From: Octopus sinensis
Taxonomy: Eukaryota
Reading direction: 5' to 3'
Length of the DNA: 64,000 bases
Assembly (NCBI RefSeq): GCF_006345805.1
Contig: NC_043006.1
Location: 61,938,001-62,002,000, forward strand
The notes below the pieces were generated by a model. The model was given only the letters and a program-made list of their open reading frames with translations. It had not been told where the DNA came from and did not search any database. Positions 39,301 through 52,053 of this stretch are shown here, in pieces. Within the stretch, counting starts at the first letter, position 1. Every line of letters starts with the position of its first letter. Position numbers and translations under genes: made by a program.

Positions 39301-40873
39301 CTCCTGAAGTCTTACTAGGATGTTAAAGAACAGAATTAATTTCAAGAATAAACTATCCAAAATTCAGTACAATTTAGAATGACCAGTAATGTGCATTTCA
39401 TTGTACTACAATCCTTAGAATTGTTTCGCGTTATTCATTGCAAAATCTTATTTATTTCCTTTGTTTATTTCCCCCACTCTTATCCTCTTTAAAACAAAAT
39501 ATAGCAAACCTATACAACCATAAGAGTAATTTCAACTTGAATACTCATTGGTCTACGATAACCGAAACAAAAAACGAAGTTGATTTTAAAATTGTGACTA
39601 ATTACATTTTACGTAATAATTAGAAATAAAATATGATTAAATGGAGTACTATTATCATTTATTGCAAAGAATAAAAATAAATGTTCTCCCAAGTTTCAGT
39701 AATGGTACATATTCGTAAAGTTTCATGTAATTTTGACGAAAGTTCTCCAAAAAAAGAAATGAAATTACATTCAGAACATGATTTGATTCCAATAAAAATA
39801 AATATGACATAAAATATTCTTCTGAAAACTCTTGAATCAAAAAAGCAATTTTGAAAATTACAGTAGTAATTAAGAAGATGATTACGCTTGTTTTAATATT
39901 ATATTAATTTGAGGGAAAAACGCAGTAATTAGTACAAAATGATTGTTTTGTTTAAATTTTTTGGAGTCATCATTTAAACTACCGTGGAAATTAATATTTT
40001 CTGATGAAAAAGATTTAACACGTCACGAACATGTTTGTTGTAAAAAAAAACAAAATAACACCAAGGTAGTCTAAAGGAAGAAACGGAGATGCAAATTACA
40101 AATTCATAAATTGGGGTTGGAAAGGAAATATATTTGAAGATTTGATGAACGTATGTTGCGTGAAATACAAGAGCAATATTTGAGAGATAATATTCATACT
40201 AAATTCAACAATTTATTTTTAAAAAAGAACGACAGAGAATTTAAAATATTTTTAATTGATTAAAATTAATGAAATAATTATATAAAAAATTACACATGCA
40301 CTAACACAAGCATATGCGTGGAATTGTATACAAACTAGGAAATTGCTACCAGAAATAACGCAATTTCTAGATCATCAGTATCGAATGTTTAGGAGCCACT
40401 TTCTTCGGCTCATTATTACCTGTGTGTCCGTTAAACTGTCTTTCTTTACGCACTTTTTCTTTCTTAACTTCCCCCTCTCTATATATATATATTTACCGCA
40501 CTCTAACTCTGAGTGTGTGCGTGTTTGTATATGTCTGAGTATGTGCATGTTTGCATGTTTGTCAGTGTGTGGTTATGTACATGTGTAAGGAATTTCTTTA
40601 GTGTGACAGAGTCGAAAGGCATAAATTGATCGCAAGGACAAATATTTTCAGTTGCCCGTTGACAACTTGAAGAGCTCTTTATGTTGGATGGTGAAAAGTA
40701 GGAAGAAAGGAAAATATCTACACGAAATGAAAAAATAAAACACATCGTTTATCGTGGCATTATAAATTGCTATAAATAATGCAGAAATGCGTCCTGAACG
40801 AGAGACCCCTCAGTCTGGAGAAACATGGTCTAACATGAAATAAAGGCATTTTATTGTGAAAATTGCCTACTAA

Positions 40874-41280
40874 CGAAGGTGTGGACGAGTGGTAAGAAAC
40901 TGGCTTCCCAACCACATGAATCAAAATTCAGTCCCACTTCGAGCAACTTGGGCAAGTGTCTTATACTATAGCTTAGGGCTGGCAAAATCTTCATCTGTGG
41001 AATTGGTAGAGAGATTCTGAAAAAAGCCCATCCTATAGATGTGTGTGTGTGTTTGTGTGTGCGTGTGTGTGTGCGCGTGCGCGTGCCAGTGTGTGTGTGT
41101 CAGTGTTACTCTCACCCCACCGCTGGGAAACCCGTGCTGATGTGTTTACGTCCACATAACTGAGTGGTTTGCCATAAAATGTGGATAGAATAGGTACCAA
41201 GTCCTGAGTTCGATTCATTCCACTCAGAAATTCTCTGAGATAGTGCCTCAAAACTGCCGCAAGCTAATCATTGAAGTAAG
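40874..41280 (+). mobile_element. Diverged tRNA-derived SINE
   Basis: GAGTGGTAAGAAACTGGCTTCCCAACCACATG..TTCAGTCCCAC..CTTGGGCAAGTGTC. Confidence 0.7.
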
Positions 41281-41713
41281 AGATAATAGATTATATATAT
41301 ATATATCATATAAATAATATATAAATATATGGATATATAGATACATATATATTATTTATATTATTACATGATCGAACGCCACGCATCCTTTTCCAAGTAA
41401 GTTTTATATATATATATATATATATTTTAAATCAGAAATGTAGATAACCTCAGATCATTTTCTGATTTTTTATACTTGTTTCCTGATAAACTTTTTTTTA
41501 TTCTGTTGTTACATGATCTTTACGAGCATAGAGTTCCAGCATACCCATACATTGAGATAACATGTGTAAAGGTTAGTGACAGTATATACGGATATTTTAT
41601 CCCTTATTTGGTTATTATAACCGCTAACTCTGCCTACATAACCCGCGGTATATAACTGGCTTGCATATTTACCGCTGTGAGATCTATTTATTCCGGATTT
41701 TATCTACTTCATT

Positions 41714-41766
<53 letters not shown>

Positions 41767-41996
41767 AATAATGAGGGAGATAAATTAATATTAATTTTAA
41801 TATCAATTTAAAACCAGTAGTCTAGCATACAAAAAATCTGAGAAATCAGAGAAAATTCTTATATATGTGTATATTGGCAGGGCAAGACTGCTAGGTAGTC
41901 GGCCGTATGCTAGAAATAGATCATCAACGATCAAACTACAAAGAAAGTTCTCTAGATGAAAAATTCAGCGAACACCAGAACCAAATTTAGCGGGCA

Positions 41997-42053
<57 letters not shown>

Positions 42054-42233
42054 ATATATATATACTATTTTACAATTATATACATAATTGTAACAAGGGA
42101 TCGGCTTTACACTTCACTACGCACTGCAAGCAATAGGTGTTAAACCCCTATTATCACCTTAAAATCTCCAAGAATAACATACTATATTGTAGGCGAGCAA
42201 AAGAAAAATAATGAATCAACAGGGTTCGGTTAA

Positions 42234-42299
42234 CTGCCTACAAGATCGTGTTTCAAGCTTAAAGTAAAAATATTTCTCCTACTGCTCTCACCAGGAAGG
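42234..42299 (-). ncRNA. Degenerate hammerhead-like motif with CUGGUGA core
   Basis: Minus strand: CCUUC CUGGUGA GAGC[25 nt]GCUU GAAA CACGAUCUUG UA GGCAG. Stem I pairs poorly. Confidence 0.45.
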
Positions 42300-42633
42300 T
42301 TTTTATTTCCGCACAGATCACATGGTGAAATTATTATTGATTTTATTCTTTCATTTTCTACTACATATGTGGACAATCGGTATGTGTCCGTTTGTGGCGT
42401 TGTCGCGAAATGTCTTGACATACTTAGATTGTTGAAAAAAATCGATAATACGACAACTGGAATGGATATTTATATCTACCTCATATAACTAAATTGTTTT
42501 TTTTAAACACCCAGGGGAAATAACCCATAGCACCTGTACAAAATCTTTTTGGAGCACTCAAGTGAAATAAACTATAGCACCTGCACTTACAGTTGTTAGT
42601 TGTTAGCGAAGCGATCAATACTTTATTCTCACG

Positions 42634-42915
42634 TTCAGCGGACCTAATTCTGCATTTCAATATTCAGGTTTCAACTGTTAGATATTACTATTGGACTTTC
42701 CTGATGCATGTACACTTCCAATGCCCATAACTCAGTAAATTCTGCATTTTTCCAGTGAAACGTTTCCGATGAGAGTACTTAAATGTTTGATTCCAGATTC
42801 AGCGGATCTAATTCTGCATTTCCATATTCACAGTGTTGAACTGCTAAACCTTATTATTGCATTTTCTTGATGTATGTACAATTTCAATGCTCATCACTCC
42901 GATTATTCTGCATTC
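42634..42915. repeat. Diverged tandem repeat with a period of about 164 bp
   Basis: TTCAGCGGA(C/T)CTAATTCTGCATTT at 42634 and 42798. ATTCTGCATT at 42647, 42739, 42811 and 42905. Confidence 0.75.
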
Positions 42916-43707
42916 TACTAGCTAATTTTTTTTTCCATGACAGTACATAAATTACCATGTGGTTGCTAAGCAAGCTATTTATTTGAAAGAGTTTGCCATA
43001 AAGATATGATACAGAGTAGCTTGCGGGCTAGACACAGGCATTGGTGAGGTGAATGATGATAAGGATGATAAAAATAGGAGAACACAAAAATCGCCCGCTG
43101 ATTTTCGCTAAAACATTATTCTCTCCTTTTTTCTACAAAAAAAGACAAAACGAGGTAATGCACCTCTTACTTCAGTTTTAAAATTAGGGCGTTAAGCCTC
43201 TTAAACATAATAACTTGCAATAAACATTAAACATTGTAACACTGAGGCTTTTGAACTTCTTGCCATTATTCCTCCCCGTCATCGCTTGTTCCCGTATACT
43301 CCACCACCACCCACGCCTCATTCAAGACCAATGCGTGATCCGAGCCGGCGTCGCCCGGGCACAAGCGATATTCCTCGTTGAGTTCCAATAGCGTAAATCC
43401 CACATACATCTTTATGACCGGCACAGCTATCTGCGGCGGCCATTCGGGATCCTGTGTGAAGGTTAAAGACACTCTCTTATGGTGTTTTTCTACCACCTTT
43501 TCTGCCTATCCGTCTTTGTAGAAGATGACCAATAGTTCCTCTTCCTCCGGATTCGAGGTACCTCCCATCGCTTTATCTTGCCGAACCCCTAGGTCACGGA
43601 GAGGTAAACAGACCAACATTGGTTGTGAAGCGATGGCAAATGTACAAACACGGACACAAATACGCACGCATCCACTCTTGCGCTGATATATATATATATA
43701 TATATAT

Positions 43708-43738
<31 letters not shown>

Positions 43739-43867
43739 TGTATATCCACACACATATATGCATATACACATATACACATATTAACATAAATATATAGACA
43801 CGAACACACCTGTAGATACGCACATACATATGTAAGGTCATTTTCATAGCATTTTTTCCGATTGCCG

Positions 43868-43928
43868 GATAACTGAAGAGATGGCGGCGTGGATTTCCAC
43901 CCCGACATCCGAAACTCGGAGCTTTATC
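43868..43928 (+). ncRNA. Hammerhead-like motif with long stem II and non-NUH triplet
   Basis: GAUAA CUGAAGA GAUG-G-CGG-C-GUGG-AUUU-CCAC-C-CCG-A-CAUC-C GAAA CUCGGAG CU UUAUC. Confidence 0.65.
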
Positions 43929-44029
43929 ATGGTTACCGAACAATTGTCACATATTACATCTACAGATGAATTCGTATATTTACATAATATCGAGGCCTCT
44001 TTCATTCTTTTGTTTCTTAACATTTCTAT

Positions 44030-44071
<42 letters not shown>

Positions 44072-44075
44072 ATAT

Positions 44076-44155
<80 letters not shown>

Positions 44156-44282
44156 TATATCCACACACATATATGCATATACACATATACACATATTAAC
44201 ATAAATATATAGACACGAACACACCTGTAGATACGCACATACATATGTAAGGTCATTTTCATAGCATTTTTTCCGATTGCCG

Positions 44283-44343
44283 GATAACTGAAGAGATGGC
44301 GGCGTGGATTTCCACCCCGACATCCGAAACTCAGAGCTTTATC
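44283..44343 (+). ncRNA. Duplicate of the 43868-43928 hammerhead-like motif
   Basis: Same motif, with stem III CUCAGAG. Confidence 0.65.
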
Positions 44344-44446
44344 ATGGTTACCGAACAATTGTCACATATTACATCTACAGATGAATTCGTCTATTTACAT
44401 AATATTGAGGCCTCTTTCATTCTTTTGTTTCTTAACATTTCTATCA

Positions 44447-44496
<50 letters not shown>

Positions 44497-46409
44497 CACA
44501 TACATAGTCACACACATAACCTTGAATTGATGGCAGTGCAACTTTGTATCTCGGAAAACACACCGCCTTGAGTGCACCACTATCATCACTGATTTATGGC
44601 TAATTATCATATGCACATCACATAAATGTAATTTATCAGAACAAGAAGGAAAACAACAGCACGGGAAGGGTAAGTTTTAACAAGATTTAAAGACTCTTAA
44701 CATTTTGGATGATAGATCTTTATCAGAATTAAAGCATAGTCATGTGAGAAAGCGGAAAATTGCTTGCAAAAAAATAAATAAAACCGATAAGTTGTTAGAA
44801 ATCATGAAGAAATTATGGTTCTAAAGGGTAGTTAAGAAGCGAAGAAGAGTGTCGTTATTTGCCCGAGTTGAGGGTGTATCTGCATTCTACGATAAACATA
44901 AGGGGGAGGTGTTGTATTTATTGTTTTGCGTGGGCGCATATGTGTAAAGATGTGAGAATTTTTAATGATGTCGGTTAATCAGAGTGTAAAATATTGCATT
45001 TTGTGTGTGAGGAAAGCGCAGAGCAGTAACGATCACGAAATAAGAGGGGAGGAAAGACTAATGTGGAGTATATGATAGAATTGTGTGCCTGTGCATGGAT
45101 GTAAGGCACTATTTCTCGGAGAGAACAAGTGAAGCAAACAAGATAAATTGTTGGTGTTCGAGAGAGAGAAGAGGTAGAATAAAAGAAACATTAGGGAGAG
45201 AGTATACCATGCAATAGATACTACTAGAAAGAGTATCATTGCTTGTGTGTGTATGTGTGCGTTTGTGTGTGTGTGTGTATGTATGTTTTTGTGTATGTGT
45301 GCATGTGCGAGCGCGTGCGTTTGTGTCTGCATGAGTTTGCGAAGTGTTTTAACATACGAGTTTATTAATGGTCCAATTTCGCCTGTATTTCAAATAAATT
45401 AAGATTTCAATGAAATTTTAATTGTAATGTTATGTAAAATAAAACCATTTATCCGTTATAATCGATTAACGATAATTGTCTATTTATTTTAGATTGAGAT
45501 TCGTAAATATGTATTAATTTTCACTTTAGTGTAAATATTATATCATGTCAAGAAAAATTTATAACAATATAAATACGTAACAATAATAAAATGTGTCAAG
45601 TCATTCATATTAAGTAAATTGAAACATTATCTAGAAAATGTGCAAGCCAACATGTATTCGTTGTCATGAACAGACACAAAAAATGAAGACATCCTTTGTG
45701 TGATTTGGAATCACATATCCTATTTATTTGGTTAAGAATGTTCCGTATATTTTTCATTATCACACTAGAAATGAGCAAAATTTACCAAAAAATAAATAAA
45801 ACGAAATAATTAAATTCAAAATTACAAGGTGAATGCATTAATGATAATGGATATTGCTAAGTGATTAGAAGAAATAACGAGGCAAAATACTAGTAAGAAA
45901 GTATTAAGCATAATATTAGTGCGCTTATGCGGAATTTTTGACAACACGGGTTTGCATATACTGGAATGTACGAATGTGAATATATAACGGTTTTTATTGA
46001 ACTGGATATCGATTTTCCCCCCTGATTTATTAAATAAACTACGTTATTTATTCTTCCACAGATTTATATATAGGCTGCTGCTGTCTTTCTTCAATACAAA
46101 ATAAGTAAATTAATTACTTATTTCTCTCCTTGTACAGTAGGTATAATCAACATAAATCAAACGATAAAAACGCTATGTTATTAAATATTTTATATAAAAC
46201 TAACAAGCATCAATATCAAAGCAAAGTTTGAATAGTAAATGAGTCATAGTTAATACTATAAGAAAACGTAAAACTAGTATAGAAAATTGTGTTATTGTAA
46301 ATAAGACTTTGTATGAAATGAATTATAAGTATCTTTGTGTAATGTGCTTATTATCATAAATATATATATACATATACACATACAATCTTACATGCATGCC
46401 TTAATAATG

Positions 46410-46850
46410 ATAATCTTTTCTAATTTAGGCAAAAGGCATTAAATTTTAGAGGAGAGAAATAGCTGATTACAGCGACCCCAGTGCGTAACTGGTACTTAAT
46501 TTATCGATATGGAAAGAATGAAAGGCAAAGTCGACCTCGGCGCAATTTGAACACAGAACCTAGCGAGGGGCGAAAAACAGTTAAGCCTTTCTTCCAGACG
46601 GTTTAAGATTCTGCCAGCAATCCGTCTTAACAATGATAAAGATAATGACTTGAAATTTTGCTGCAAGGGCAGCAATTTTGAGGGAGAGTATGTCATTGAC
46701 TCCAGTGTTCAACTGGTACATATTGTATCGATCTCCGAAATGATGGAAGGCAAATTCGACCTCGCCGAAATTTAAACTCAGAACGTAAAGACGGACAAAA
46801 TGCTGCAAGGTACTTTGCCCGGCTTGCTAACGATTCTGGCATCTCACCGT
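46410..46850 (-). mobile_element. Two adjacent fragments of a second SINE family
   Basis: GACCCCAGTGCGTAACTGGTACTTAATTTATCG..AAAGGCAAAGTCGACCTCGGCG recurs at about 52900 and about 61800. Confidence 0.7.
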
Positions 46851-47183
46851 CTTTTTAATAATAATCCTTTCTATTATGGGCACAATGTCTGGATGTTTGT
46901 GAGGAAGGGGTACAATCGATCATATCGAACCCTACACAATATTGTTGTAAGTATTTCTATTTCTTTTTACAAGTCAGTTTATGTTTAAAGTCTTTTGAAA
47001 ATATGTAATTAATTTACCATTATATAATAACAAGAAAGTTATCTGAAATAATCTTAGCATTTAACGACATTATCTCTTCTGCCAGTTAACGTGATATGTA
47101 TTCACTAAGTTAATTTTTCATGATTTTGGATCCATTGTAATCGTATTCAACCCATATATCTATATCTATCTTTCATTCTCGTA

Positions 47184-47309
<126 letters not shown>

Positions 47310-47340
47310 TTTATTAAAAGCAGCAGAAAATATTAAAATC

Positions 47341-47376
47341 TGTTACTCAGAGTTTCACGTTCCCGTTCGTCGGACA
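47341..47376 (-). ncRNA. Very compact hammerhead with CCGACGA core
   Basis: Minus strand: UGU CCGACGA ACG-GGAA-CGU GAAA CUC-U-GAG UA ACA. GNRA-capped stem II and GUA triplet. Confidence 0.75.
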
Positions 47377-47543
47377 TTTTTGTTAAAATAGAACAGACAT
47401 AACGATGTGATCAAAACTAGTTAAAGGATGCACCTTTAACAAGTAATTTTTGCTAGTATCGTCATCATGAACACCTTTAGTATTGTTGCTGTTGTTTTTC
47501 GTAGTGTTCGTAGCATTAGAAATAGTACCTTTAAGTTTTAGTA

Positions 47544-47636
47544 TTATTCTGTATCTGGCTTGGGTTGGAATTTATTAAGTATCTTTCCTCTGATTTTTCT
47601 CTGAATTTCGTTTGGACTGCATAGTTTGTAAAATGG
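47544..47636 (-). mobile_element. PLE endonuclease (GIY-YIG region) C-terminal relic
   Basis: PFYKLCSPNEIQRKIRGKILNKFQPKPDTE* resembles PLE ORF C-termini and ends about 170 nt upstream of the HHR on the same strand. Confidence 0.5.
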
Positions 47637-48129
47637 ACATTTTATCTCTCTCTCAGGGTCAAAATGGAAGTCTCTTGACATGTCCAACAAACCATGACGC
47701 TTAAACCAAACACCAATCAATGTATGTAATTTAGTAAAACCACATACCTATTAGTCAGAATATAGTTTGCTAAAAATTAACATTCTGGAGTCTATACGAA
47801 TGTATATGAGGCACACAGTTTACCCATCTCACTACAGATTTAAATTGTCAAACATAACTGTCGCCTCTAATACCTGAACCTGAGGATTGCATAGTTTAAT
47901 GCATGAAAGTACTAGTTCAATCAGAATGGACATTCAATATTCTATCATTTCATTGTATTATACTATATCGAAAATAAATCTTGAAAAGTAAACAAATTTG
48001 GAATTTGTTTGAGTAATATGTATATATATATATATACATATATATATATTATTAATATTATTTCAATACAATAGTATTATTTTCCAAAGAAATAAAGCAC
48101 CGTCTAGGTAGAAATATAAATAAGAAATA

Positions 48130-48558
48130 GTGCAACAAGAAGGTAAATATTTTTGAAAATAGCAGTCGATAACCGTTCGATGCTAGGTAAAGCTTCGCTG
48201 AATGTATAGAGGCAAAGATATATGGGGGCGGGTGAGCATAAAAATTTCGTCTTACCTCTGAGAAGAACACCAGAGAAATGGACAATTTAGTACTCAAGTT
48301 TTGGACTCTTCAGAATACGTTTGTTATAGTAAAACTGATTGGTTTTCGCCGACTAGGTGTACTGAAAGACTAAATTTAAAATATTCGCTTCATCAATGCA
48401 TGCTACATGTCTGGCGATGTTCCTATACATAAGACGAAAAAATTTTATGTTCGCCGCCCGCACACATATTTAGTTCTATACATTCAATGAAGTTTTACCT
48501 AGCTTCGAACGGTTATCGACTGCTATTTCCAGCAAAAATTGGTACCTTGTTGTGCCAC
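48130..48558. mobile_element. MITE-like element with long (about 105-130 bp) imperfect TIRs and no ORF
   Basis: AAATAGCAGTCGATAACCGTTCGA(T/A)GCTAGGTAAA at 48157 is mirrored at 48495-48528; the internal spacer is about 170 bp. Confidence 0.8.
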
Positions 48559-48794
48559 CATTTCCTGCATTCGCCATGATACGTTAAATACGTTTTAACT
48601 TCCAGAGCGTGAAACTAATATATGTTTGTTGTCTACACCACCTGTCTTCGTCTTTTGCTTTTTGTGTGAATTTTCCTCCCCCTATATATATATCAGTGTG
48701 TGTGTGAGTGTATGTGTGTGTACGTGTGTGTGTTTGTTTGTGTGTGTGAGTTTGCATGTGTATGTGTGTGTTGTGTGTGTGTGCGCGCGTGTGT

Positions 48795-48843
<49 letters not shown>

Positions 48844-49846
48844 ATATATATATATGGAGATAGGGAAAGAGAGAGAAAATAATACATACATATAATTTTA
48901 TCAAGCATCACTGATAACTGTAGGATTCAGAAAAAAAGTCATTGGTATACATGGAAAAGTCGGTCACAAAAACGTAATCAACATTATTAATGACCACCAT
49001 TGCTATAACAGAAAGCATGTTTCTCTTTTCCATTTACAATCATCAATATCACCATTATGTAAATTATAACTAAGTCTGAATTAATTCAATTTGAGTAACA
49101 CACGCCTTAAACTAAAAGAAGTGATATTAGTATTATAACAGCCCATCATATATCTGCTGCGCACGTAATTACATTTCATAAGCTAGTAGTCCTTACATGG
49201 AAAGCAACACTAAGAATATTTATTCACGGTTGAATATTCTGGATTGAGATAGCTTGAGAGCTTAAATAGCTGGTGGTTATCATACTTCAACGGGCGCAGA
49301 TGTTTCTTAGGTAAAGTTTGTCATGGCGAAATGCAATGAAAGAAAATAATGAACTACTGGATTCAACATATATGGTAAGGTCTTTAGATTAGTGCTATAG
49401 CAATTCTGCGTGATAGGTTTTATATCCGTAACCAGTAAAAGCTAAAATTTGAGGCCATATCAATAATACTGTATGTGAATTAATGCACGGTTTCACAATT
49501 CAGAAGCATCATATTTCAACATGATATTATTGATGTAGCTTGTATGAACAATAAAAAAAATATCTAATAATACACCCTATAGGAAAATCAAGATATAAGC
49601 AGATGCATACGTGTGCGTGTGCGAGAGAGATTCACCGCAGGTAATACCATGAAGTGTATCAGAAATACTTCAATATCGTGACAAACTAAAATATCATATA
49701 CATGCAGGACTATCAATATATTTCCAGCAATATCTGCGCATATACATACATATATACATACACACATGCATACACATACATACATGCAACAATTACATTG
49801 AGAAGAAACCTACATGACGTCATAACTGCCTTGTGAAAACTATGTG

Positions 49847-49885
<39 letters not shown>

Positions 49886-50163
49886 TATATATACAAAATT
49901 ATGAGGACTGACCACTAAAGTGGACACCTAATCGGCTAAACATGGACGTCAAATCGCCATTAGCACGAAGAATGTGTTTGAAGAAACATCTCAGCAAAAC
50001 GCCGAAATGTAAAAATGACAAAGACAGATGAAAACATACGAAATAAAAATCGAAATAAAATGTTACATGACTGTAACAAGTAAAACAATAAAAAAACTAT
50101 TCCATTTTAATCCAGTGGAAGGCCGGATATATCAGCTAGTACATATATATAAATATATATGTA

Positions 50164-50226
<63 letters not shown>

Positions 50227-50306
50227 AATATTAGGGAATAAATCCAAATTTACAGGGAAAAAATCAGATTTAGGATTAAATCCAATTTTATAGTAAAATA
50301 TTATAT

Positions 50307-50543
50307 AATATTATTAGAGACAAAACCAGTATTTTGCAAAACAAACAAGGAAAGACTTAATCAATACATAAAATTTTAATAAAAAGTCAAAAAAACCGCC
50401 ACTACAATTGTTTCTTGTCCTGATCGACAATCTTCAGGTGGACTTCCAATAAGTCAGTTTCAAATTATGAAGTCATAATTTGAAAGTATGTATTGATTAA
50501 GTCTTTCCTTGTTTGTTTTGCAAAATAGTGGTTTTGTCTCTAA

Positions 50544-50550
<7 letters not shown>
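50307..50550. mobile_element. PLE-like terminal module with a 64-bp inverted duplication
   Basis: 50307-50370 is the reverse complement of 50487-50550. A 13-bp hairpin (50458-50485) lies at the junction. Confidence 0.8.
50399..50441 (-). ncRNA. Minimal type-I hammerhead ribozyme, intact core
   Basis: Minus strand: CCAC CUGAAGA UUGUC-GAUCAG-GACAA GAAA CAAUUG UA GUGG. Confidence 0.9.
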
Positions 50551-50577
<27 letters not shown>

Positions 50578-50819
50578 GCAAATGAAAGACAGAAGCTGGA
50601 ATATACGAGAATTTATTATTCATAACGACAATTATTTTGACATATTTAGCATCGATTCCTCTTGGGTGGGACACTCAACAACTGGTTGAGAAACATTCCG
50701 TAGTGCAGATGTATCTCGTCGGGTGATAAATAAATTCAACTCATTAAAATGACTGATCCGCAATGTAACTTTCTGCTTTGTAGAGCGAAAGCCAACATAT
50801 ATACATATATATACATATA

Positions 50820-52053
50820 GGCATAACTAAAATGACAAATGGTGATCTTAAACACCAGCATTGGTACAAATATGAGTCATGAGTCAAAGCAACTCTTAGC
50901 CACGATGAAACACTAATCTTATGACTGACAAGAGAGTTAAGCTCCCTAAAACCTCCGAAGTACAGGCAGGTCAACAGCGATTTCGCAAGGAAATGACATA
51001 TTCTACTGCTTGGCATTCGTAACGGAAGCACGAATACGAACATTTGAGAGTGCTTGGGTGTCAATCTGAGGAGAGCGCTATCTGAGGAGATGTACCGAGT
51101 GTGATAAAAATCAAACGTCCAGTCAACATGATGGTGTTTGGAGTAATCACTAGCAATGGTGACGTTATGACTCCATTCGTCTCCCCACACGGTCCCACAC
51201 TCAAGACGGATGCCTACAAGTGCCTGGAGGAAGTCGTCTTGCCCTGGCTCAAGAGGGTCGCTACTAGCAACAGGACTTGGCACCATGCCACATAAATAGC
51301 AGTAAACAGCAATGGCTGGCAGACAATTTCTACGACCACATCTCTCCTAACATTTAACCACTTAACTTCCCAGACTACAACGCCCTTGATTATTGTGTGG
51401 GGCTCAGCTGAGCGAGAGTCTAGCAAAATTCCGTGTAACACTAAAGATGAGCCGAAGGCAAGGACAACCAGAAGATTTGCAGGAGATTCCGATGTCGTCT
51501 GGTTGAAGCCAATACTCTTTACTCTCTTTTACTCTTTTATTTTTTCAGTCTTTTGACTGTGGCCATGCTGGAGCACCGCCTTTAGTCGAGCAAATCGACC
51601 CCAAGACTTATTCGTTGTAAGCCCAGTATTTATTCTATCGGTCTCTTTTGCCGAACCGCTAAGTAAACACACCAGCATCGGTTGTCAAGCGATGTTAGGG
51701 GTGGTGTAGATAAACACAGACACACAAACACACATACATATATAAACATATACATATATACGACGGGCTTCTTTCAGTTTCCGTCTACCAAATCCCCTCA
51801 CAAGGCTTTTGTCGGCCCGAAACTATAGTAGAAGACACTTGCCCAAAGTTCCACGCAGTGGGACTGAACCCAGAACCATGTGGTTGATAAGCAAGATACT
51901 TACCACGCAGCCACTCCTACGCCTATGGCGATTTTATCTTTAGTATATCAAGATATTTTAAAATAATTTTGGTAAATATATCTGTTAAAATGGGATGTCA
52001 GTGTTATTTTAATTTTTGTGTAATTGAGACGACAGTTTATTCACTGCACCCTG
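50820..52053 (+). mobile_element. Decayed Tc1/mariner (maT-like) transposon interrupted by a SINE
   Basis: MMVFGVITSNGDVMTPF...CLEEVVLPWLKRVA...NFPDYNALDYCVWG (SPDLNPLDY..WG-like). Right end CACCCTG is followed by TA. Confidence 0.7.
51507..51924 (-). mobile_element. Near full-length tRNA-derived SINE inserted into the transposon
   Basis: Head AGGCGTAGGAGTGGCTGCGTGGTAAG..GGGTTCAGTCCCAC on the minus strand. It splits the transposase 3' sequence GCCAAT|GGCGATTTT. Confidence 0.85.

Larger units (their letters stand above)
43690..44470. repeat. Tandem duplication at 415-bp offset, each copy carrying an HHR-like motif
   Basis: ATGGCGGCGTGGATTTCC at 43881 and 44296, with about 3 substitutions between the copies. 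Confidence 0.9.
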
